From contig JAQGDQ010000186.1 in NCBI GenBank assembly GCA_030141605.1, positions 358,840 to 422,839 on the forward strand: 64,000 nucleotides of DNA, written 5' to 3'. Source of the DNA: Tubiluchus corallicola. Its lineage: Eukaryota > Animalia > Priapulida. The notes beneath the pieces are model-generated. The model saw only the letters and a list, made by a program, of their open reading frames with translations, had not been told where the DNA came from and searched no databases. The stretch's first letter is position 1; the number at the start of each line of letters is the position of its first letter. Shown here piece by piece: positions 50,301-61,809 of the stretch. The position numbers and the translations under genes are program-made.

Positions 50301-50738
50301 TATCTGGCTCTCTAGGTATTAACCTAAAAACCAGGAAGCTAATTGTTAAGAACTATACATGATATCAGTATTTCAGAGCAAAATATAAGTAACTGGTAAT
50401 TGTTACAGTTGCATACTTATACTGTTGTATCACAAAATGTATCATTAAAATATCTTTGCAGTGGGTCAAATAATTCATAACAATGGTATAACTTCGTAGC
50501 TTTTTAATTATACAATCTCACAGAATCATAGATTAAAATCAGGCATGGCCTGAAAAACTGCTGTATTTTCGTTTAAAATTTAGTGTTAGAATAGCATCAA
50601 TATAGCACACTGGAGTGGATTAAACATAAGCGAGCACCTATTTGGGCCCAGATTTTTATGAATAGGTAGTTTGTCAGGCCTGCAGAGATTTTTCTCCAAC
50701 TTAGATGAGAAGTCTCCAAATAATGGTGGTAACTCCAT
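35373..50738 (-). CDS. SKIV2L: SKI2-like RNA helicase (SKI complex, cytoplasmic exosome cofactor), ~1214 aa, 23 exons traced
   Basis: Exons (5' to 3') 50744-50638, 50323-50206, 49149-49035, 48897-48829, 48176-47944, 47538-47482, 47037-46912, 46479-46334, 45043-44897, 44491-44407, 44018-43912, 43632-43392, 42796-42584, 41811-41701, 41098-40868, 39930-39791, 39286-39154, 38598-38210, 37326-37116, 36690-36580, 36337-36119, 36021-35881, 35573-35373, all GT-AG and in phase. Motifs: [66 protein letters not shown]. The Ski2-specific N-terminus (NYPFWPGG) excludes MTR4. Start codon is tentative. Confidence 0.94.
40266..40848. mobile_element. hAT-type MITE
   Basis: 13-bp TIR cagtggtggctcg / cgagccgccactg (1 mismatch) and perfect 8-bp TSD attgattg (40258-40265, 40849-40856). 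Confidence 0.9.
43251..43341. repeat. Tandem duplication, 50-bp period
   Basis: actgctattcattttggttaattttctaa(g/a)tcagcttaaag at 43251 and 43301. Confidence 0.85.
45640..45915. repeat. Diverged ~130-145-bp tandem repeat, 2 copies
   Basis: Both halves share aaattaaaa...ttgctacaa.tcttttgttttgaac.aag...aatcat...aatttc...catgcaat. Confidence 0.6.
49225..49719 (+). mobile_element. 5'-truncated RTE-clade LINE
   Basis: Frameshifted RTE ORF end ([15 protein letters not shown]; [15 protein letters not shown]...W...[22 protein letters not shown]). 14-bp TSD taccaag(g/t)ttcaaa at 49211-49224 and 49720-49733. Confidence 0.85.
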
Positions 50739-53229
50739 CTTCAGCTTTGATTATGTATGTGTCTGACTCTATATTATCTAAAAGTTAATAAAAAGAAAAT
50801 CACTTTCATTGTTTATTGAAACAGCACACTTTTGCAATGTAGCTACAGTGTGACACTCTCTCATTAATGAAGCACATAGAAGCCATTAACTTAGCAGTAA
50901 AACTGAAAATGACTCTGTTGCATGATGAAAAACTTAATCTGATATCCGACATTGACTTCTGAAAATGCAAACCCCTACATCTACTAAATGGTACATCTAA
51001 AAAAATATACATTTTTTTCGTACACATAATTTTACAAAGAATGTTTGTACATAAAATTTTAGCATTTCTAAATTAGACACCATATAACTTCAGTAGCTAA
51101 AGTAAGTAATGTGACGCCATTACATTTCTTCAATGAAAATACTAAGAAATGTGGAACAAAGTTAGATTATAATTTATTTAGATTAACTACTATTGTATAT
51201 GGAGCTATAAAACTAACAGTCATCTGTTTCACATCTTCTTCAAAGGCTTACTACCTAAGATATAACTATAAAATATGATACTAAAAGATTTAATGACCAG
51301 AGAAAAGATACTGCAAAAAAAACTAGTAAACAAATTATGCAATCACACATATCAACCGTCAAATTCAGAAAGAAGGCCCTGAAGTCTACCAGGATTGAAA
51401 CCCAGAACCTTGTAGTTTTAGGCCACCCGCTATAGTCATCTGGCAACACTGACATGATATAAGGCCTATGATATTAACAGAATCGCATGTTCCACAAATG
51501 AGTTACATGCATAAATTAAACCTCCTTGATCATCATATTGGAAACCTGGTCAGTCCATTATTGTTTATCAGACCAGGAGTTGCAACATTTATTATTGGTT
51601 TATTAAATAGCACGCACCAAGGTTCGATAATGAAATGAAGAAAGCTATTTTTATACACTTCAGTATACAACAACAATATTCAATGGCAATGCCTGCCCAA
51701 CATCAACACTTGTGGCAAGACTGGAGACTGGCTCATTATACCAGGAATAACCCTCTAAAATGACCCACTAAGCAAGTGTCTTAGGAACTTTCAGATGCAT
51801 AGCCTGGATACATTCACCCTCCATGAGGTAAGCAGCCATGTCAGTGTGGTGGAGTGTCGAATGCCAAAGCAAGTCAAACTCAAGTGGTAATGAGGCATTC
51901 ACACAAAATATACATGACCATTCGGTCACCCAGTCTGCCTCACAATCATAATAGAAATATTATTCAGAATAGACATTTTGAGAATATATGGTGTATAACC
52001 TTATATAGGAGAGTAAGTAAAAGAATGTAAGCTTGTGCAGAGAAATTTATTAGTTGCAAAGAGTATTGGTTTGAAGAAATTAAATTGAAGATTTATTTTT
52101 AAGATTTTATTCTGAAATGCCTACATAAACAGTGAAGTAGTGTCAAGTTGAAAATCAGAAAACCAAGTTACCAGAACTACAAGTGAAATCATTTAGGTGT
52201 GGAAACAGGTTTAGAGATTATGCATTCATAAAGACTGTAGAAGCCAATGAAAATTTAAACAGGAAAGAGAAAGTTCAACAATTTTAACAAGAACACCTGA
52301 AGGTGGCAGCACTATCCAAAACTAAAAAAGTATGATGACATTAGAATAAATATACAACATAAATTTATATTTAGAATAATTAAAAACGATTTTCTTTTCT
52401 CCAAGTATAAAACTAAAAATAATTTATTATTATTCAAATACTGATAATACATAAAGAACAAAATGAGCCAATAAATGATTTGAGGAAGTTAGCAATGACA
52501 ACAGAAATAAAAAGATTTTTTGGCAAATTTCAAAGCCATTACTGATACAAAATTTATTGAAGTTAGTAGTGTTAACGTTGCACAAAAATGGTGATAGAAA
52601 AGCTAATAAAAAGCATATAGCTGCTGAGCTATTTACGAATATGTGGCAGGTAGTTTCAAAAAGATTATGTTAAGTTTGTTTAATGGTAACATTTTTGAAG
52701 CTGCAGTCAGTTTATGCAAGAAATTTCTAAAATGGAGGCAAAAAAGTTTAAAAAGAAATAAAAAATAGAAACAAATTCAGAATGAACAAACAGCTATGAA
52801 TTTCTCCAGACAAAAGGCAATCAGTCTACTATGTAAAAATCTTAATATTTTTTCATGAAAATATATACTTCTTTGTGAATTGGAAAAGGTGGGTGTTGCG
52901 AGGAAGTGTAAGAAGTTTTCGGATAATGATAGACTCATTAAAAGAGTTATATCAGTTGCACAACTTAATAAGATTGAGAAAGTTAACCGTCTTAGCAAAA
53001 AAATCTAATTTGAAGATTTCTAGGGGACATTGTAATGATACAATTTCAATCTTAGTGAAAAACGTTGAAATGAGCTAAATGAACAAAAGCTGAGGGGAAT
53101 CGTATACATCAGTTACTACTCACTAGGCTTTATGGTGAGTAGTAATTGCGTAGTAAGTAATAAAATGAAAGAAGAATACAATCAGGCAAAAAAACATTTC
53201 TGCAATGAACTAAAATGAGCTACACACTG

Positions 53230-53950
53230 CTACCTTTTGTCTATAAACGTAGTTTAATGCTAACTGAGTTTCTCTGAGCCATCTAATCGTCGAAGTAAGA
53301 TGATTACGGTTACTAATATTTTAATGATTTTCTTGCTTCTTCCATTACTAATGAATCTGTGGTTGGTTCCTTACCAATTCTCTTGTCTTGGAAAAACGAC
53401 AGTGTTTCTTATGTCGAATTCACTGAGAGTGATGTCTATAATAAACATCTCCTTCTTAAGTTTTTTAAAACTGTTGACCAGATAGTGTTCATGGTTTTAT
53501 ATTAAAACCACATGCCTCACAACTCTCTTTGCCTCTTTTTCTTCTCCTTCACAAGTCTCTTGATTCTGGTGAGCTGGTATTGTCCCTCAAAACTCGTTAG
53601 CTTGCAATGAAACCTGTAATTCTAAAAAATGTGGAACCGATTTAATACGACACTAATTATGCCCTAATATGCAACTATGTGTTTTGAATCACTATTCTAA
53701 GATGATATATTGACTTATTTGTTATATTCTGGCCAATTTATAGTTAGTGATAATCAACAAGGCTCATTACAACGTTTCGCTGTAACAAATCTTCTTGAAT
53801 GCCTAAATGACTGGTCCCAATTTTTGATTCATGACCCTTCCTTCCTATCTATTGATATTTTGTATATTGATTTAAAAAATATATCTGATTCTGTTTATGT
53901 TCATGATCTAAGTCATAAATATCATCTCACCTCTGTTCAGGTAGGCCTTT
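53230..53950 (+). mobile_element. Decayed CR1/Jockey-group LINE reverse-transcriptase fragment
   Basis: SDNQQGSLQRFAVTNLLECLNDW...IDILYIDLKNISDSV matches the RT pattern QxGF...TNLL...DvIYLDFxKAFDSV. Upstream LSLPLFLLLHKSLDSG fits RT domain 0/1. Boundaries approximate. Confidence 0.7.
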
Positions 53951-56900
53951 GAGGTATGCAAATGTTATAACATCGTCATAGTTATGGTCAACCTAACCTC
54001 GTTAGGTTAATTTGACCTTATTTTAAAATTAATCAAATATTTGCTTTTATCTAACTTGCAAAGTCATAAACTAAACTAAACTGCATATTTTATTTATAGC
54101 AAAACAGTTTAATCAGCAACTTATAGACGTTAGCAATTTCAATCGACAATAATAAAATCTAGAATCAGGCCAATGTTTTCCCACTAATTAATGAAAAATT
54201 GAGCATTTTCAGAATAGTATTAGATGTCCAGCAATACGCAGCTACAGCTAATTGTCCCGAAAGCACTGGCGTTAAGTAAGCTCCGCAGGGGTCTGAAAAA
54301 TCTTGCACGTTGAATGGGCAGTCAACGAGAATGACTGGTCAATGTTATGCTTGACGTCAACTGGTAATGTCCCTCAAATGTAGTAAATGCAGCAGATTTC
54401 ATATTCGTTCTAATTCTACAACACCTCATTACCGGAGAGACTGCCTTATTGAAGAAAAGCACTTGAACGTCCACATGAACTCAATTGTGATATAATATTC
54501 TCCAATATTCGAGTAGATTCTGTATCTTCTCTTGAACAATACCGCAAGTATAGACCTTACTAACCATTATATAATCATCAGTGGTAATTCCAAATTATAT
54601 TCTAGACCACTACGTGATTTACTTGGACGCAACTCTAAATTATTTATACAATACTTATTTCTTCTCTTTGGAATTCACTTAATTAATACTAAATTCACTG
54701 TAGCATCAAATCTGTTTCAATACAGGGATGGCAAAACATCAATCAACCAGCGGAAGTCCACCTCACAATTGTCAATTAGGCTATATGCTTCACAGTGACA
54801 TAACTTCATCCACAAACATTACAATAAATGCGTATACTTAAAAATACCTAATATACTGCGCAAAAGTGCGTATATACATGGATAGATTGATTCTATTTAG
54901 AACTGAATTGGCATACTAATTTTTTCACAGGTATACTAATGGCCAGGGTTGCAGAGTTGCCGTTTTGTCTGATGCTTATGTACGGCGTGGAGTACGCCAC
55001 TAGCTGAAGTAAGACATTTGCGCTTACGCACATGCGTTAAATTTGCCGAAAATCACTGACACACAAGGGCAGCCCAAGTATGGCCCTGGCGATTTCTCTC
55101 ACTCTTTCCTCTTCACCAAATCGGCGAGCAAATTGACATTAAAAAAAGTGCCAGTTTGCAAAGTCAAAACCACATGTTTTGCTTATTTCGCTCACCTAAT
55201 GAAACGGATCACCTCTCTGTGAAGCCAGACAAAATAAAAAATGATCATTATACCTTAACCAAATGTTGGAATCGCCTAAAAAGTGGGTTTATTTCACTTC
55301 AAAAAGATAAATCTCGAAGTCAAATTTATCGTTGCTCGTTCGACTTGCTCAGAATAATTTTCTTCATATTTTATCAGATGTGTGATGCATTGACATTTTC
55401 AATGATTATTATTAAATAAACAAGGACAACGGACGTTGCCACTACGGCTAACGGCTCAATTTGTGACCTGTCTTTTTGTCCTACTTGGGCAGCCCATATA
55501 CGGCACACCCTGCTTTGGCTAGCCCATGTACTGCAATTGTCCTACTTCTCTTAGTGTCTTACTCGGCTCCCGATACTTATATTTATAACTGTATTGGTTG
55601 GCTTGGTGGTTCAAAATTATAGTATTTCGCCCAAAATCCAAAATTATTGCATACTTGCATACAGCAATTCCAGTAAATTACTTTTGTTGATCATTATTAT
55701 TGATCACTAAAAAGTAACTATAACACCAAAAAGTAGCACTAACAGGTGTAAAATTAATTGTGTTGAACAACATGGTAAATTTTGCAAGATGGCAGACTAG
55801 ATGACCGTCTTGGCGTTTTGACATTTTGCCCTTCTTTAAATGCCACAATGGTTTTCTGTATTCATTTGGAAGGCAAACGAATAAATTATTCTTATCCTTT
55901 CTAATTTGTGCATCTCCAGAATCAGGTCTTATATATCGTAATCACCATGAGCATTATTTTTTTTAAATTACTGCTTTATTCAAGAGACTGACCACTATTG
56001 ACCAATATACTTCAGCTTACTTACAGCTTACAGTATGGATAGGGGTTAAGCATAAATGAGTGCTTTTTACCCCTACCCTATACTTCAGACTACAATGAAG
56101 TCAAAGTTTGTTTTGTTCCCCATAGTCAGCATTTTTCATTTTTTCAGTGCACAATTTTTTCAAGTGTTCGTTTTCTGTTTTGTTTTTGATATCGCATAAT
56201 TTTTGATTATATATCTATATTGCACGGTATAAAACCTCAGATTGTCGTATATTCGTTATTCCAGTATAAATTATAACACTGATCTCGTCTTCGATCTTCT
56301 GTGAATTTATTTTTAAAAATTTCGAATTAAGAAAACAGTCTCATTGAAACATCAAAAAAGTAGTGGCTGTTACTACCATATCAGTGAAATGTACATGATC
56401 AGTTATTGCACTTATATAAATTATTTGTCTTTACCTTTCTGGCAATAGCAGTTGGAATATTATCATCTGTAATTAATGTACAAATCAGATTTTGTATCAT
56501 AGTACTGTAGTATAGACTTACGTAAATATTGTGTCATTTTTATTAGAATATTTTGTCAAATTTATTTTGAATAATTAATGACCAGGAAGGTCAAATAAAC
56601 TGAATTGAATTATCATATAAACGGCAACCCTTGTTGCGAAAACACCAGTCAAATGAGAAATTGATAACCCGGATGTGTAACAGTTGACCCGGACGTGACA
56701 GGCTAGTAAATGGTCTGCAGTATGTAATTTTGTTATTTTTATTTTTTGTTATACAGTTAACAAAATTTAAAGAAAGAAGGTGTGTAGCAGTTTACGGTAT
56801 TTATTTTGAAATTTAATGACTCAGCACGTTTTGGCACTTAGCTTACAATTTGCATTAAACGTTGATAATGACGTGAAATTTGGGTCACTAATGTGGTACT

Positions 56901-57278
56901 GGTTTGTGTGGCAGGGCCGTGCCTAGCCTAAACTATTCCTGCACGGACTTGAAACGATGTAAAGACCAAGAACTTTTGTTGAAGTAGAGGTGCCAAGGAG
57001 TGGACTTCCCGATTCACCTGGGTGGTGTGATGGTGCTCTGTAACTTGTTCTGTGGGGGGAACAATCACGCATTTTCCTATATTTGAGTGTATTTTGGAAA
57101 GCTTAAATGTAAGCTAAATTTGAATTGTAATTTTCTCGATTGTTTGGTATATTGAGGAGATTCAGCTTCTGATTTAAATCATGACATGGCCTAATTAAGT
57201 CAACCTGCTTATTAAAAAAACAAAGGATTTTCCACTGTATGCGTAATTGTTAGTTACATTATAATTTTACAGTTCCAT

Positions 57279-58505
57279 AGTAGTAGTAGTAGTAAAAAAA
57301 ATTTATTGTAGACACATTTCAAAGATAACATTAGCCGAAGGCTATTTTCTGACAAATAAAACGAAATAAAAAATTCTACAATGCATATAAATGTATGCAC
57401 AGAGTGCAAGATTGGCAAGAACACTTACTATACACTTAGCTGTCAACTGTGAGCAGTAGCACACATTTTGGTAGAAATGGTAAAATACAAGTTACGTTGT
57501 GTTTAGTATGGGTATGTAAGAGATTCATGACAAGTTGGCTCAATCACAAATAGTTTAGAAGACTTTTTTAACAGGATAATTACAAATGTAAAATATTTCA
57601 ACACGGGTTTACAAGCAAATTGACTAGTTGAGGATCTTTATATTGGTTTACAGAGTAGTTACTGTGCTGACAATTTTAGAAAAGTTTTATACAATATTGT
57701 TTCCATATTAAGAAGTAATTTTGTAGGTAACTCAGCAAATTAAATTGCAAGCTTACAAGATGTTGTGCAGCACTGACATTCACACGAGGCGTTTTTCAAA
57801 TACTTATAGCAGAGTCTTTAAATTTCTTTAAATCATTACATGTTCTACATTCTTTCAGGTAACTTATTCCACAGTTTGACACCTTGATAAGATAAAGAAT
57901 GGTAACCAAATTTCACTGTTAAAAATCTGGGAATTTCTAGAATATGTACAGATATGAAGCTAGAGTGTTGAGACTTAATCCTGATCGTGTTTTCCAGACT
58001 ACAGGGCCCAGTTTTATGTAAGTGTTTAAACACTTCAACTGTGAGTAGAATCTGACGTTCACTAATCAAGGTTTCGTGCCAGACTGTTGAATAAGTTGCA
58101 TGTAGGAAGACAGCTGATCATTAAACACATATTCCAATGCTCTATAATGTATCTTCTCCATTTTCTAGGCATTTGTAGTATATGCCACAGCAATGAAAAA
58201 TCAATGAGCAATAATTAAACTGAGATTTTATGAAAGCATGGAAGATTTTCAATTTATTTTCAGTATCTAACACTTTTCTTAGGCTAAATAGCACCATTGA
58301 CTTGTCTTGTGGCTTTGCTACATATGAAAGAGACGTTCTGAGAAGCCCAGATTTTCATTTATATAAACTCCAAGGAGTTTGACACTTTATTATGGTATTA
58401 TTTAGCTGAATAAATTTTTAATCATCCTGTTGTTATCGAACCTGTCATCAGGTTGTTGTCGAACTAATTTACAACATCTTGAGTGACGATATTTAAAGTA
58501 GCTCA
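57279..58505 (-). mobile_element. 5'-truncated CR1/L2-group LINE flanked by ~78-bp direct repeats
   Basis: Minus-strand SLSYQGVKLWNKLPE and upstream VKLLGVYINENL-like RT end, with 3' aataaa plus an (act)n tail at 57279-57310. Direct repeats at 57200-57278 and 58506-58583. Confidence 0.75.
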
Positions 58506-59548
58506 TCAACCTGGTAATTAAAAAACAAAGGATTTTCCACTGTGTGCATAATTGTTACATTCTAACTTTACTTACAGTTCCATGTTCTCAACTTATTCTT
58601 GTTTTTAAAATTACAACCTAAACATAGGCTAGGCCTAGCCTGCCTAATAGTATTTCCAGTTATTTGCTGCACAAGGCATAATAATCAAAGGAATATAAAT
58701 TTCTGACTACAAGTAGACTGTAGCATATGTAATGGATAAAAACAACACTGCATAATTATCTTGCACTAGTTGGTTTCTTTCAACTGCTACTAGGCTGAGC
58801 CACAACAAAATTTAATCAGGGAAAGTAAAAAGTACATCTGTCACAACCTTGCGAACAATTAATGGTGATGGGTGGAAAATCGAATGTTACATTATTTGCA
58901 TTCTGAAATGTTTTTTGTTGATATGTTTTTCTTACAAAAAACAAGGGCAAAAATCTCTGCTTGATTTAAAGTTAGTGAGAGTTGCAGATTTATTGATTTG
59001 CGGGCAGAAGAATGAAACGCAGGCAAAAATGCGTATGCCTCATGTGCCAGTGCATGAGACTTGGCAGGTGTAGTTGAATGTTTAATGCTGTTCAACTCAC
59101 TATCAGAACTGAATTGTTTATGATGCATAAAAATGTTATGTTTACAACTCAAAACATTTATTACTGTAGTCACACTGTAAAATATTCAGAATACAGTGCA
59201 CTTGATGTACAATGCTATCCAAAAATGAAATGGAAAAGTTAAGCAATGAATTACTTGTTATTTGCCATAAAAGCATGTACAAATTGAATATAATTATACA
59301 TTATGTAGCCAGCATCATCAAATGATATCAATAATGTTAATCTAAATGCTACATACATAGTGCAGTAGCACTAAATGCAACAACTTATCACTTATTAAAA
59401 CTTATAAAAAACTTTACTGAAGAACTAAACATATACACTAATTTACGTTTTGCTTGGTATATACAGGATTTGTTCTAATTGACCTTGGATTGTGTCTCAG
59501 TCTACTCATTCAGAATTTATTTTATGAAAAATATTTTTAAAACAAATT

Positions 59549-60798
59549 TAGTAAGTCTTTGTTTAACGACACTCCTTAGTGACGTTTCATTTTATTGATG
59601 CTGAACATTAGACACCTTTTTTCACTTAACGATGCATGTATCATATTAATGACAATTTTTTACTGTAACAACGACTTTTTTATCTAATTTGAATAAATGA
59701 AGCATTACAGTATTCCCTCACTTATCGCGGGTGTTCCTTTCCCGGCCCACCCGCGATAAGTGAATTTCCGCGAAGTAGGGACGCTATACTTAGCCATCTC
59801 AAGCGGGCGCAAGTACTACATTTCGTTTTTGGTGTGTATTCATCTGCCGAATAAATACACTATTTACTGTGAATGGTAATTTTTTAAGATTTATAATATT
59901 CTTTTAATGTTAGAATTAATATATTTAATATATTTTTATACATTTTGGATTTTTTATGCAAAATTCATCAAATTTATACATTACTCTACAATAAGTACTA
60001 AGCATGTGCCAAAATACTTTAGACGGAGTACCGCAAAAACCTGCAAAACAGCGAAAATACCTCGATAAATATTTTACATTAATATTTTTGAAAACCCGCG
60101 AAACAGCGTGTCCGCGATAAACGAACTGCGAAGTAGCGAGGGAGCACTGTACTTTGCATTATTCCCTTCAAAAGAGCTGCAAGTAACGTAAAAACTTCAT
60201 AGCCTACTGTATGACTTTTTACGTTTTGTCTCCGACATGATTGTAAGTTTTTATGATTTGAACTTCTAAAGATGCTAAAAATGATAATCGGTTCTATCAA
60301 ACACGAGATCTATTTCATTATTTGCCTCTGACACTTGTAAGTCTCAAACCACCTAGCTGGGGGGGGGGAGGGGAAGTGCAGACATTTTACAAAGGAAATC
60401 TGCCTGCAGCTTGTTGCTAGAGCAAAGAGTACCTAGCTGGAACCAGTACCTAGTGCCACTAAATTTTCACTTAGCTGTAAAGTTAACCACTTCTCTACCA
60501 GCAGCAAGGCTGCAACATGCATCACTTGCATTGAAACAGCTTGAAAGAGAAACCACTGGCTAGGTGTGGATAAAAACAATATTTGTTCATTCAAGTCAAC
60601 TTAGAAAAAAGTTGAACAGCAAGAGTATGCATAAAACTCATAAAGCATTTAATTTATATGAAGTAATCATTATTGACTAGAACGTATCTCAGTGCTTTTA
60701 CATTATTCTGTGTGGAAAATTTGCTTTCATGTAACGACATTTTACTTAACAACACATTTTACTGTAATGCATTATGATCATTAAGCAAGGATTTACTA
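59549..60798. mobile_element. Older Tigger-like MITE (termini related to 24261-24951)
   Basis: Termini tagtaagtctttgtttaacga / tcattaagcaaggatttacta followed by TA, with subterminal taacga repeats. Confidence 0.65.
59708..60149. mobile_element. Tigger-like MITE nested in the older MITE (mirror copy at ~63408-63852)
   Basis: TIR cagtattccctcacttatcgc / gcgaagtagcgagggagcactg, flanking TA, and ccgcga subterminal repeats. Confidence 0.85.
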
Positions 60799-61164
60799 TA
60801 TTCCGATTAAATAATAAAATCACTTCATGTTTTTATATTATAGATGAGCTGGAATTAAACCTATAGAAATGGAGAACTAACAGATCTGTTGGGACTGCAT
60901 TACACTGTGCATGCCTTGGCTGGCATGTCCAAAGCAATCCTACTTTTGTAGCCTTTTAAAATTATGTAGCTGGCATTGATCATTGCACAAAACAAAAAAA
61001 TGAAAGGAAATTCATGTTTTTTCAAAATGACCCTAATGTGGGGATTGCTGACTCTACAAGCTAATGGCATGACACAAGAAGAGAGATACCAGTTAAAGTA
61101 AAAATTATTATCTTACATTGTTACTTTATTTTGTAAGGCTAGCTCTATCACAATGACGTAGTTG

Positions 61165-61809
61165 TAGGCCTGTAATGATACATTGATGTATCGTGATATG
61201 TTTTATTACGATATGAGTACCGCCGAAGCGCATCCATATCGTGATTATCTGATACAAGGCTGTATGCTAATAAAAACAAAGTGATTCAAGATACAGCTAT
61301 AGAGTACCCTGTAGATATCTCTCAGTCAGTGTAGTTCACCAGCAGTAATTGGCTTCACACAGGCACTTCTAACAGCCAAAGCAGTAACTGTTGAAAGTGC
61401 CTATATATCTGCTGTTGAAAGTGTGTATTTTCTGTACTAGGTTAATTACATTGTTTACATATAAACTTGTAACATGGCAAAAGTGAATCAGAAAATGCAC
61501 AAGCTGCTTTTAAACCTAAAGTATTGATGTGTTTTGCTTTTTTGGTGGCTTACAATGCAAGCAATAGCCCTACACATTAGACAAGTATTAAATAAAAGTC
61601 AAGCTGTTTGTCAAGTTATTTTAAGCATTTAGCAGTCGTAAAACTGTTGATTGATAAAATACGTTTAGTATTTACTATCAGTATCTTCATTAATTTTTTT
61701 AATAAAACCTGCAAACGTTAGCTCATGTGTATTGTGATACATATCGTATAGTGAGGTTAGTATCGTGATATGTATCGTATCGTGACCTAGGTGTATCATT
61801 ACAGGCCTA
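61165..61809. mobile_element. hAT-type MITE in the spacer of the inverted duplication
   Basis: Perfect 18-bp TIR taggcctgtaatgataca / tgtatcattacaggccta with gtatcg subterminal repeats. TSD degenerate (cgtagttg vs tttagtta). Confidence 0.82.

Noticed and set aside
35373-50738. MTR4 (SKIV2L2/MTREX) as alternative identity
   Set aside because: The long Ski2-type N-terminus ([21 protein letters not shown]) and [14 protein letters not shown] fit SKIV2L.
54944-56631. Possible hAT element with agggttgcc termini
   Set aside because: Short terminal match, ambiguous left end and no TSD.
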